Shown here: positions 1 to 8,567 of the stretch, in pieces | Numbering within the stretch: position 1 is the first letter of the stretch | Layout: each line of letters opens with the position of its first letter | NCBI GenBank assembly: GCA_963774265.1 | Contig: CAVZDU010000007.1 | Location: forward strand, 288,001 to 352,000 | Length of the DNA stretch: 64,000 nt | Reading direction: 5' to 3' | Origin: an uncultured Chloroflexia bacterium | GTDB lineage: Bacteria > Chloroflexota > Anaerolineae > CG2-30-64-16 | The notes under the pieces: model-generated | Databases searched by the model: none | What the model was told of the DNA's origin: nothing | What the model saw: only the letters and a program-made list of their open reading frames with translations | Translations under genes and position numbers: made by a program

Positions 1-812
1 TTTTGGTGCGCGAACTCCGAGAGGTGGGGGTGAGCAGGGTTCCCTTCGTGCGCGATATGCGTTGCGCAAACACGCGCCTGCGGAGCCAATAAACCCTCGC
101 TCTGCAATCTCGCCGCCTGCTCGATGAATTGCCGAGCGTTCATGTGCCCACTCCCGGGTTGGTCAAGGCCATAGGTGTGGTCAAGAATCACCAAATCGAA
201 CTGCCATCTGCCGTCATGAAAGCCTCGCCAGGTCTCTTCCGGCAAAACGCCCGTGTCTGCGCCGTAAAACAGCGCGTGGTCGTCCCTTTGAACCGCGTAA
301 AGCAACGGCTCTATGACAGGGTCATGGTTTGCCGGAAACGCCATGACGCGATAAGGCCCCATCGTAAAGGATTGCAGCGGCTCAATCTCGTGGACCTGGA
401 GATTCAACCGTTCGCCCACTTGGGGATCGAGAAAACCGGCCGGCGCGCAGTCTCGCTCAAGCAGGCCTGCGGCATGGCGGAGTGTCCCGGAAGACGCATA
501 GAAGTCCAACCTTGATGCGCCGACCACACCATAACCAGGGCTCCGGGAGAGAAAATGCGACGTATCTAAATGATCGGCATGTGCATGTGTTTGTAGGCAA
601 TAGCGCACTCCGGATAGAGAGCGGCCCTGGGCATGGGACGCGGTCATGATATCAGGCCCGAGGTCGATGAGTAAGTCATCATCCACCAGCGCCGCAGAGC
701 GTGCGCGCAGGCTTTTCCCGCCGAGCGCCCGTGCCTGCTCGCAATTCTTACAGCGACAGAATGCCTCTGGAAAAGCATTTGCCGCAGAAGTACCGAGAAA
801 GGAGATGATCAT
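1..812 (-). CDS. PhnP-like metallo-beta-lactamase-fold phosphodiesterase (3' end runs off window; not in ORF track)
   Basis: Manual translation from ATG at 812: MIISFLGTSAANAFPEAFCRCKNCEQAR...LLIDLGPD...CLQTHAHADHL...NHD...YGADTG...GH...THIAH. The HxHxDH motif plus N-terminal CxCxxC is typical of the PhnP family. Confidence 0.85.
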   Translation of the reverse strand, partial: MIISFLGTSAANAFPEAFCRCKNCEQARALGGKSLRARSAALVDDDLLIDLGPDIMTASHAQGRSLSGVRYCLQTHAHADHLDTSHFLSRSPGYGVVGASRLDFYASSGTLRHAAGLLERDCAPAGFLDPQVGERLNLQVHEIEPLQSFTMGPYRVMAFPANHDPVIEPLLYAVQRDDHALFYGADTGVLPEETWRGFHDGRWQFDLVILDHTYGLDQPGSGHMNARQFIEQAARLQSEGLLAPQARVCATHIAHEGNPAHPHLSEFAHQ

Positions 813-868
813 TTTTCACTCCACTTGACGCGGCCTTGATCTCGCTACGCCCCGCGGGCGATCCGCGA

Positions 869-1686
869 TCACTGCCCACGGCCACGGATGTACGCGTCAC
901 ATCCGCGTTGTAGACGATCTCCTCGACCGTCATGGTCGCCCACGGCCGGCCCTGATCCAGCCAGGTGGCCGAGCCGGTGGCGTAGAGCTTCGTTCCCCCG
1001 ATGGTCGCGCCGGCCACGTTTCGCGTGATCCAGAGTATCTTTGATTTGCCCTCGCCCGGATCGCGATAACGCATTGCCTCCATCATGTCGATTAAATCCG
1101 TCTCGGGATTGAAGCGGACGACGAAGTTCTCTTGCCCCTCTTCGAAGGGGACGTAGAGCAGGGCGGTTTGGTCATCCACGGGCTGCCAGCGGACGCGCGA
1201 GTCTGTCACGAGGATTGCGGGAAACCAGCTCGCCTCCGCCCAAAGCGCCAGATTCGCGCCCTGGTTGGCGTTGGCGTCGTTCGTGTACGCGCCCATCGGA
1301 CTTTCGAAGAAGCTCTTGCCGTCCAGGTAGCCTTCGTTGACTTTCAGGAGCGGGGCGCCGAAGAGGGTGGCTTCAAAGTAGTGCCGGTAGTCGTGGCCAA
1401 CGTTATGGACGAAAACGAAGCGCGCCGGCAGCGGGATGTTGAACATCGGACGGATCGTGGCCCGGCCTGTGATGACTACGGTCTCGATCACCGGCACGCG
1501 CTCGCCGTAGACCGTGCGATAGAACCGCTCGACCGGCGCGGGCAACCCTGCTGGCAAGCGAACGGTCTCCAAGGTGGGTGTCGCCGCAGCATAGGCCGGG
1601 AACGGCTTTGGCTTGATCTGCAATCCTAGCCAGCCAACTAATACCAGGAGCGCGAGCGCTCCGACGATGATGAGCACGATTTTCAT
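869..1686 (-). CDS. DUF6544/DUF6920-like N-terminally anchored protein
   Basis: ORF 748..1686 with N-terminal TM helix and LPAPVERFY motif. A 1-base indel near 895 restores the C-terminus VTAYIRGRGQ* (stop at 869) and removes the overlap with the next gene. Confidence 0.7.
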
Positions 1687-1762
1687 GCCTGTATCGCTCC
1701 AGTCTTAGCAAGACAGGTCGGCTGCGTCGATGTGAAGCGCGGATCCATTCCCTGCCTGACGC

Positions 1763-2266
1763 CTACATCGCCCAACTTTGCAGCTCCAGGGCGTTGCCTT
1801 CCGGGTCGGTGACGTAGCACCAGGTGATGCGACCGCTGCCTCTGACTTCCACCGTCACCACCTCCCCAACGGGCTGGCCGCCAGCCGCCAGCACCGCGGC
1901 ACGCGCCGCCGCCACATCGGCCACGCTGAACGCCAGGTGGCCGAAGCCGGGCCGGTTGACTGCCGTCGGCGGCCGGCGGTCACCGGCCAAGCGGTCGTAC
2001 GTGAAGATCTCCAACGTCGGGCCGGCCTCGCCATGACCCGGCAGGCGGAGGTGGACCCCGCGCAGGTGTGCGGCAGGGAGGCCCGTACCAGCTTCGATGG
2101 CAGGTCCAGCCAGGTCGCGCTCCGGCGGCACTCGCACGCAGCCGAAGACCGTCTCGTAGAAACGGGCGAGCGCCTGCCAGTCGGCCGCGATCAGGTTGGT
2201 ATGGACATAGCGGGCCTGGAGCGATGGGGTCAGGGAAGAATCTTCAGCATGTGTCACCTCTTGCAT
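1763..2266 (-). CDS. VOC/glyoxalase family protein
   Basis: YVHTNL..A.DW..LARFY..VFG, LEIF, GFGHLAF.V.DV and DPEGN.LELQ motifs. Confidence 0.9.
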   Translation of the reverse strand: MQEVTHAEDSSLTPSLQARYVHTNLIAADWQALARFYETVFGCVRVPPERDLAGPAIEAGTGLPAAHLRGVHLRLPGHGEAGPTLEIFTYDRLAGDRRPPTAVNRPGFGHLAFSVADVAAARAAVLAAGGQPVGEVVTVEVRGSGRITWCYVTDPEGNALELQSWAM

Positions 2267-2412
2267 GATCGCGCATCGGCTCCAAAGAAGGGAATGAAGC
2301 GTTCGGTCATGTTGATCAAAACATGACCAGATTTCACGTAATCGAGCATAGCCTTCACTTTGGACAAATTCCTCGTGCCGGCCGATGATTTGTGGATCGA
2401 TGCGGTGGTCAT
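2254..2412 (-). CDS. Small hypothetical protein (52 aa) or gene remnant
   Basis: GGAGG RBS. Its ATG overlaps the upstream stop (ATGA) and its stop overlaps the VOC start. Sequence begins MTTASIHKSSAGTRNLSKVKAMLDYVKSGHVLINMTERF. Confidence 0.35.
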   Translation of the reverse strand: MTTASIHKSSAGTRNLSKVKAMLDYVKSGHVLINMTERFIPFFGADARSCKR

Positions 2413-2987
2413 TGGACCTCCAAGGCGTGGCCTGCGATATCGATCTGCGCGGCCGGCATGACCTTTAGCCCGGCTTCGCCCAGCTTGCGGTTCCACTCCT
2501 CGATGAGCCGCGCCGCGTCCTTGCTGTAACTGCTGTGACCGTCCTCGACCAGCACCACCGCGTAACCCAGCGCCTGCGCACCTTCGCACGTCGCCTTGAC
2601 GCAGCCATGGGTCACAAGACCCGTCACGACGACGCGGCCGACCCCGCGGCCGGCCAACTCCGCATGCAGCGACGTGTCCTCGAACGTGTTCCCGTGCTGC
2701 TTGTGAACGATCAGATCGTTTTCGCCGGGGTGAAGCCGGGGATGGAGCTGCCAGTCCGCTGAGCCGAGCGGCAGCACCTTGTCGGAAGCATGCTGGATGT
2801 AGACCACGAGCAGGCCGGCGCCACGAGCGCGCTGGATCAGCATTTCAATCGTCTTCAGCAGCGACTCCGCCCGGTAGATGGGAGTGGACTTGCGGAAAAG
2901 CCCCTGCTGCACATCGATCACCAGCAGCGCAGTGGCCTGTCCCTGAGCAGATGGCGCTGTTGGGCCTGGTCTATGATTCATTGTCAT
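2409..2987 (-). CDS. Isochorismatase-like cysteine hydrolase
   Basis: TALLVIDVQQG, HKQHGNTF and GLVTHGCV give the D-K-C triad. Start MTMNH follows GAGGAG. Confidence 0.9.
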   Translation of the reverse strand: MTMNHRPGPTAPSAQGQATALLVIDVQQGLFRKSTPIYRAESLLKTIEMLIQRARGAGLLVVYIQHASDKVLPLGSADWQLHPRLHPGENDLIVHKQHGNTFEDTSLHAELAGRGVGRVVVTGLVTHGCVKATCEGAQALGYAVVLVEDGHSSYSKDAARLIEEWNRKLGEAGLKVMPAAQIDIAGHALEVQ

Positions 2988-2992
2988 TCTCC

Positions 2993-3595
2993 TCATCCCA
3001 CGCGGTAGTAGCGCCGGACTGCAGGAACCAGGCTCAGCAAGGTAATCACCGCGCCGAGGAAGGTTGTGAACGCCTGGATCGGAGCGGCGTAGCCCATGAT
3101 GACGAATTGGCCGGCCATCCAGATCAGCAGGCCCACGCCCATTGCGAGCGTGATGACCCACTCCCACTCCCGACCCACCGACCGGGTGATCCCTGGGAAC
3201 CATTGCGGGCGGGCGATGAGCGTCCACGCGAGCACGAGCGGTGCGAGCCCGAACGCGATCAAGAGGAAGAAGCCGAACGGAAGGAAAGTGTCCAGAAAGC
3301 CGCGCAGCATGCTGACATCCATGCCCATCGATGCGCCAGTCGGGTCAGTGACGAAGGAATAGCCCCCGTACAAGCCGCCTGCGCCGAGAACGACGCAGAA
3401 GAAGACCAACAGATAGGCCCAGAAAGGCCGGCGTGTCTTCGCAGTTGTCATGATGCCCTCTCCAAAAATGATAGTCTGCCAGGCTGTAATACGGTGAAAA
3501 GCGTGCGGGGTTGCGAGGCGCCGGGAGTCTTCTAGCGAGGCATGAGCCGCCAATTGGCTTGGCCTGATTTTCGCTTCGCCAGGGTGGTTGGGCAT
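2993..3595 (-). CDS. Hypothetical 4-TM membrane protein (alternative start 3451)
   Basis: Four hydrophobic segments and a DPTGASMGM motif. GGAGGTGA precedes ATG 3595 and GGAGAGG precedes ATG 3451. Confidence 0.75.
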   Translation of the reverse strand: MPNHPGEAKIRPSQLAAHASLEDSRRLATPHAFHRITAWQTIIFGEGIMTTAKTRRPFWAYLLVFFCVVLGAGGLYGGYSFVTDPTGASMGMDVSMLRGFLDTFLPFGFFLLIAFGLAPLVLAWTLIARPQWFPGITRSVGREWEWVITLAMGVGLLIWMAGQFVIMGYAAPIQAFTTFLGAVITLLSLVPAVRRYYRVG

Positions 3596-3848
3596 GGATG
3601 ATCACCTCCAGTAGGATTATGCGCCTCAGCTCTGTCGATTCTATCGCGACGATCAGGCTGTTGCCATGACCCCTGTCATACGTGTTTATGAGCGGACGGA
3701 GGATGGAGACTGGTGTTCCAGGTTGGCGGGGTGCTGCGGCGCGGCGGGGGTGGCCCGGGGTGACGCTTTCGCACTCAGCCGACTGCCTTCGCCATTCTGG
3801 CATCGGGCCGCACTTGGGGTAGGATACACCTGATCGCCCGCTGTGAGG

Positions 3849-5723
3849 ATGCAAATGGGCATACCCAAATCATGGCTGCGGCCGCCGCGCGCATTCAACG
3901 TGATGCCGTTCTGGTTCTGGAACGACGCGCTGGATGAGCGCGAGATTGTCAGGCAGATCGCAGATATGGCGGCGCACGGGGTCTATGGCTTTGTCATCCA
4001 CCCGCGTGTCGGCCTGCCGCGGGACCTTGGCTGGATGTCAGAGCGCCTGCTGCACTTCTACGATGTGGCGATCGAGGAGGCGTGGCGGCGCAACATGCAC
4101 GTCATCCTCTACGATGAAGGCATGTATCCCTCGGGGGCTTCCTCCGGTCAGGTGGTCGCGGCCAACCCTGCCTTCCGCTGCCGCTGCCTGGCCGCGCTTG
4201 ACCTGCCGAATGGGGGCGAGCCGGTCCTGGCCGGCGACGCCAACCTGGTCGCGGTGGTGCGCCGCGCCAATGGCCGCCGCATTGCGGTGATCGACCGGCC
4301 CGCGGACAGCGTCATCCGCGGCCTGCACTACGTCGACGCTGGGCCGGCCGAAGATGAGCCGCCGGCTGCTGATATCCTCAACCCCGCCGCGGTCGCCGAG
4401 TTCATCCGCCTCGTCTACGACAGGTTTGCGACGCGCTTCAGTCGGCACTTCGGCGACCGCTCCGGCGGAAGCTCGACCGGCACCATCACCGCGATCTTCA
4501 CCGATGAGCCTACGCCGTTAGGCCGGTGCCGCGAGCACGGAGTCGTTCCCGGCACGCGCGGCATCCTGCCGGAGGTGAGCCGCATCCTGGGCTACGATTT
4601 TACGCCTCATCTCCCGGCTTTGTGGTTCGACGATGAGCCGGGCGCGGCGCGCTACCGGGGAGAATACGACCTGGCCATCGGCAAACGCCTGGAGGAGACC
4701 TTCTATGCCCAGTTGTACGCCTGGTGTGAGGCGCACGGCGTGGCGCTGACGGGCCACCCGGCGCAGGGGTGCGATATCGGCCCGCTGCGATTTTTCCACG
4801 CTCCCGGTCAGGACCTGGTGTGGCGGCGGGTCCTGCCCGATGATCCGTCGGCGCTGGAGGGGTGCGAGTCGACGCAGGCCAAGTGCAGCTCGTCCGCCAT
4901 GCTGCACGGCGGTCGGCGGCGCAACGCCAACGAGTGCTGCGGCGCCTACGGCCACGAGCTCACCTGGGATGAGATGACCTGGTTGGCCCACTGGTGCTTC
5001 ATCCGCGGGGTCAACTGGCTCTTCCCCCACGCCTTCTACTACTCGGTGGCTGGCCCGCGCTGGGACGAGCGGCCGCCGGACGTCGGTCCCCACGCGGCCT
5101 GGTGGGGTCGTTACCGGGAATACGCGGGCGCCTGTCGCCGGTTGAGCTGGCTCAACACCGGCGGCAGGCACGTCTGCCACATCGCCATCTTGGGCCAGTC
5201 CAATGCCTTGCCCTGGCGGCCGGCGAAGGTCTGCCTGGAGCACCAGCGGGACTTCAACTACTTGGAAGAGCGCCACCTGTGGGAGGATGTCCGGGTAGAC
5301 GCCGGCGGCATCCGTCTGGCTGGCATGCACTACCGTGCGCTGATCATCGAGGGTCCGGTGGATGGGCGGGCGGATGCGGCGTTGGCCGTGCTGGAGCAGG
5401 CGGGGCGCCTCATCCGTTACGGCAGCGAGATGGCCGATGCAGCGCTGGTCCAGCGTCTGATCGAGCGCCTGGACGAGCTCGCGCCGCCGGACATCCGCAT
5501 CTTCCCCTCTCTGCCGGGGATACGGGTGCGCCACAGCGTGCGCGCTGGGCGCCACCTCTTCATGCTCTTCAACGAAAAGGCCTCCGCGGTCGAGATGGAG
5601 GTCGTCCTGCCGGTCACGGGCGAGGCGGCTATGTTCGATCCCTGGACAGGCGAGTCGGGCCCCCTGCCCGCCGGCAGCGGCCTGGTCCTACCGGGTCACG
5701 CGTTTCGTATCATCGTTGTGTGA
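3849..5723 (+). CDS. Glycoside hydrolase, GH106/alpha-L-rhamnosidase-like
   Basis: PFWFWN, HPRVGL, LYDEGMYPSG, IFTDEP, TGH and HAFYYS motifs. Confidence 0.75.
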   Translation: MQMGIPKSWLRPPRAFNVMPFWFWNDALDEREIVRQIADMAAHGVYGFVIHPRVGLPRDLGWMSERLLHFYDVAIEEAWRRNMHVILYDEGMYPSGASSGQVVAANPAFRCRCLAALDLPNGGEPVLAGDANLVAVVRRANGRRIAVIDRPADSVIRGLHYVDAGPAEDEPPAADILNPAAVAEFIRLVYDRFATRFSRHFGDRSGGSSTGTITAIFTDEPTPLGRCREHGVVPGTRGILPEVSRILGYDFTPHLPALWFDDEPGAARYRGEYDLAIGKRLEETFYAQLYAWCEAHGVALTGHPAQGCDIGPLRFFHAPGQDLVWRRVLPDDPSALEGCESTQAKCSSSAMLHGGRRRNANECCGAYGHELTWDEMTWLAHWCFIRGVNWLFPHAFYYSVAGPRWDERPPDVGPHAAWWGRYREYAGACRRLSWLNTGGRHVCHIAILGQSNALPWRPAKVCLEHQRDFNYLEERHLWEDVRVDAGGIRLAGMHYRALIIEGPVDGRADAALAVLEQAGRLIRYGSEMADAALVQRLIERLDELAPPDIRIFPSLPGIRVRHSVRAGRHLFMLFNEKASAVEMEVVLPVTGEAAMFDPWTGESGPLPAGSGLVLPGHAFRIIVV

Positions 5724-5800
5724 AGTGCACCGTCGGAGTCGTCGCCGGACATGAGTTGAGGGGTTCGCCCGACGCTGGGCGGCTAGCCAAACGCGCTTGG

Positions 5801-5855
5801 AAAACAAAAAGCCCCCGCGATCACCAATCGCAGGAGCCACATTCGGGGACGACGG
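5801..5855 (-). repeat. Distal copy of tRNA-Asp 3' end (12 bp) plus intrinsic terminator; att-like scar
   Basis: CGGGGACGACGG at 5844-5855 equals the tRNA 3' end. It is followed on the minus strand by GGCTCCTGCGAT-TGGTG-ATCGCGGGGGCT-TTTTGTTTT. Confidence 0.85.
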
Positions 5856-5989
5856 AATTTACTCAATTTCTTGTAGAATGCACCGACATAACTCCCACCG
5901 CCCACGCGTGGTACCATCCTCGAACCGCCCCACCTCGTCAATTGGATCGTTTGACACGTATTCGATTGCCGTTCGTGGACAGGCCATCC

Positions 5990-6044
5990 TACAGAGGGGA
6001 CAAACCTCTGTGCCCACTTTATAGAGGGCGAACCTCTTTGCCCA
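5990..6044. repeat. Two tandem ~26-bp imperfect direct repeats, each a small hairpin
   Basis: TACAGAGGGGACAAACCTCTGTGCCCA and TATAGAGGGCGAACCTCTTTGCCCA; AGAGG/CCTCT stems. Confidence 0.6.
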
Positions 6045-6165
6045 TTACTCGGTCGCGAAACGGAACCCTATGGCCAGCTGAGGGTCTTTCATCACCCCGG
6101 GGCGGCAAGCGGCGCGCCGGTAGAGATCAAACTGGGATGGAGCGGTATGCTCCTTGGCGGTCGGA

Positions 6166-7815
6166 TTATCTTGTCACCTTCGCCAGCGCCGCCAGATCCT
6201 CGGCATTGCTGATCAGGATGCCGTTCTCTGCGGCGAAGGTCAGGGCATCGGGGGTGAAGCCGGCCTGCGAGACACACCAGGGACGCGCCTGGAGCTCGGC
6301 CGCCGCGGTCAGGAGCTGTTCCAACTCACTGCGGCCGACCCGCTTCTGTCGCCACTTGACTTCGACCGCCCATCGTTCGCCGTTCTCTGCGAGCGCGTCG
6401 ATCTCCGTCTGGCCATCCGGCGACCGGTACGGTTCGATGCGCGTGAAGGCCGGCACGGGGATCGGGTCAGTCTGACCCAGGTAGGCGCCGGGGACGGTTC
6501 GTCCGGCCAGCTTGCGCAGCAACTCCCGCACTTCGCTTTCCTTGGCGCGGCCCAGTTGGGTCGAGGCGCGCGCGAACCGCTCAGCCAGGTCCGCCACCAG
6601 CGCCTTGAGCTCTTCCTGGCGCGGGAAGCCGTCGATTGCCACACCCTTCGTGGTCTGCGCCACCCAATAGCGGAACACCGGATCGGCGTAGAAATAGCGC
6701 CCTTGACGCTCCACTAACAGATCCACCTCCATCAAGCGCCTGAGGTAGTCGCGTGCAGCCGACGCCTGGCGCCGCACGCGGCTGGCGACCTCCGAGAGCG
6801 CCAGGCCATCTTCGATCGCCAGGATCTGGAGCAGCGCCTTGAGCACGCCATAGCCGCGCGCCTTCTGAAGCGAGATGTCGTACAGGTAGCGGCAGTAGCC
6901 ATAGATCTGGCCCCGATTTTCCAGCGCTTCCAACACGAACGCCTGACTGACCAACTCGGGCGAAACCGCTTCGGTCGCGCCTGCGGCCAACTCGCGCACG
7001 CGTTCAGCCAGCGCAGTGACATAGAAGGGGTGACCGAAGGTGTAGGTGTGAATCGCCGCCTGCGCCGCGGGCGACAGCCGGCCGACCAGCTTCTCGGTGA
7101 GCGCCTGTGTATCTTCCGGCGTGAAGGGGTGCAGCTCCAGCGCACGAAACTGGAGGAACAGGGGTGACTGGTGATCCTGCACGATGTGCTCGGTCGCGCT
7201 GACGGCTGACCCGGTAATGACATAAGCAACCCGGGTTTGGCGCTGCAGCGCAGCGCGGAAGTGCTTGAGCGGATCCCCGACACCGGGAAAACTGCCCAGG
7301 GTGAGCAACTCGGGGAACTCATCCAGGAAATACATGAGCGGCCGACCAAGCGCTTCAGCCAGGCGTTCGGGGAAGTCGAAAGCGATGTTGAGTAGAGTAG
7401 TATAGTCAACCTTTTGCTTGCCCATCTCGTTGATGAGCGCGGCTGCGGTGCGCGTAACCACCGACAGACTCCCCGCATTGGTCTGCATCAGGTCGGTGGC
7501 ACTAAGGTAGGGATCGGCTGGACCCTCCCCATGATCGACCGCCCAGAAGCAGGAGAGCCCAACATAGCGCTGCGTAAAGAGCTCCGGTGAACTGGCGAGG
7601 TCCTGCAGGTCGAGGTAGACGGGGATCACCTTGCCGCTCGCGTGCAGTCGGCGCATCTGTTCCTGGCAGACCAGCGTCTTCCCGATACGACGCAGGCCGA
7701 AAAGCGCCACGTGGCGCGGCCGGCCCACCAGCAGGTCATCGGCGACCAGCGCCAGGGTGGTCAGCTCGCTGACTCGATTGGTGAAGTAGGGGGGTGTGGT
7801 ATAGATGCCGGTCAT
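6166..7815 (-). CDS. Archaeal-type (STAND-like) ATPase fused to wHTH and C-terminal PD-(D/E)xK Mrr/DUF234-like nuclease
   Basis: FTNRVSEL, Walker A GLRRIGKT, Walker B YFLDEF, GHPFY, wHTH LSEVASRVRR..ARDYLRRL, nuclease EIDAL..AVEVKW..SQAGFT. GGAGG RBS before ATG 7815. Confidence 0.85.
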   Translation of the reverse strand: MTGIYTTPPYFTNRVSELTTLALVADDLLVGRPRHVALFGLRRIGKTLVCQEQMRRLHASGKVIPVYLDLQDLASSPELFTQRYVGLSCFWAVDHGEGPADPYLSATDLMQTNAGSLSVVTRTAAALINEMGKQKVDYTTLLNIAFDFPERLAEALGRPLMYFLDEFPELLTLGSFPGVGDPLKHFRAALQRQTRVAYVITGSAVSATEHIVQDHQSPLFLQFRALELHPFTPEDTQALTEKLVGRLSPAAQAAIHTYTFGHPFYVTALAERVRELAAGATEAVSPELVSQAFVLEALENRGQIYGYCRYLYDISLQKARGYGVLKALLQILAIEDGLALSEVASRVRRQASAARDYLRRLMEVDLLVERQGRYFYADPVFRYWVAQTTKGVAIDGFPRQEELKALVADLAERFARASTQLGRAKESEVRELLRKLAGRTVPGAYLGQTDPIPVPAFTRIEPYRSPDGQTEIDALAENGERWAVEVKWRQKRVGRSELEQLLTAAAELQARPWCVSQAGFTPDALTFAAENGILISNAEDLAALAKVTR

Positions 7816-7831
7816 GCGGATAACCTCCAAC

Positions 7832-7897
7832 TTAAGCCAAATGGCTTATAAGCCATTTGGCTTAATCAGTATGCCACAGACCATCAAGTAGCGTCAA
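7832..7897 (-). promoter_or_regulatory. Sigma70-like promoter followed by perfect 34-bp palindromic operator
   Basis: -35 TTGACG (7897-7892), 18-nt spacer, -10 CATACT (7873-7868). The palindrome TTAAGCCAAATGGCTTATAAGCCATTTGGCTTAA (7832-7865) ends just before the RBS. Confidence 0.7.
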
Positions 7898-8029
7898 ATC
7901 GGCGCGAGGGCAGCGCGACAGGCTTCCAAGTGAGTTGCCAATCATGAGCAACGGGGGCGCTCGGTTTTGGTTGGCGATGCCGCCATCTCGTCGCTGGAGT
8001 CATGCTGCGGCCGGTCGCGCACCAAATCT

Positions 8030-8205
8030 GCGCCAGGCACAGCCGCATGACCTCTTCCTCCGGATCACGGCTGCCGTCTATCCAGGCAACGCCGTCCCGG
8101 AAGGCGCGCATAACCTGCTCGTTGTCAGCCAAGGCCCTCGCGATGACGGTCTTGCCAATGCCGGTCATGCCGTAGAGGATCACCGCTCGCCAGCGCGCCT
8201 GGCGA
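8030..8205 (-). pseudogene. NB-ARC (STAND NTPase) fragment
   Basis: AVILYGMTGIGKTVIARALADNEQVMRAFRDGVAWI matches the NB-ARC Walker A and F.DGV.W strand. Truncated on both sides. Confidence 0.7.
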
Positions 8206-8214
8206 TAGTCAGTC

Positions 8215-8464
8215 AAGGACTTGTGGCCGGTTATCATGTCGCGCTCGACGTGGCGACGCCGGTGACAATGCACCGCTACACCCTGAACCACACGACCGCG
8301 CCCATCGGTTGGGGCTACAACAACCCGCTGCGCTGGACGCAGCGCGTCCCGTTCATCTCCAGTCTGTACCAGGCGGCCACTGGGTCGGCCCGTCGGGGGT
8401 CGTCAACGTCGCCACTTCCGGCAAGCACGCCGCCGAACTGATCCTGCGAGACCTGCCCGCCTGA
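8215..8464 (+). pseudogene. C-terminal fragment of phytoene-dehydrogenase-like FAD oxidoreductase
   Basis: VATPVTMHRYTLN..GW..LYQA/GHWVGPSGVVNVATSGKHAAELILRDLPA* with one indel near 8375. No N-terminal Rossmann motif. Confidence 0.6.
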
Positions 8465-8478
8465 CCGACGCCCTATTA

Positions 8479-8534
8479 GCAACAAGAACGCCTGCGAGCG
8501 CGGCTCACACGCGCCACATACGGGGACGACGGGG
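8479..8534 (-). repeat. Middle copy of tRNA-Asp 3' end (14 bp) plus terminator; att-like scar
   Basis: CGGGGACGACGGGG at 8521-8534 is identical to 9811-9824. It is followed on the minus strand by GGCGCGTGTGAG-CCGCG-CTCGCAGGCGTT-CTTGTTG. Confidence 0.85.
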
Positions 8535-8567
8535 GCGGAAGTCGTCTGTGCCAGAAGCGCTTCGTGT

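Noticed and set aside
1-812. C-P lyase (phn) operon implied by the PhnP-like gene
   Set aside because: No other phn genes or Pho boxes upstream within the window, and stand-alone homologues are common. Downstream context is outside the window.
8290-8345. YNNPLRWT resembling an RHS-core motif
   Set aside because: The flanking residues fit a phytoene-dehydrogenase-like C-terminus, and there are no YD repeats.
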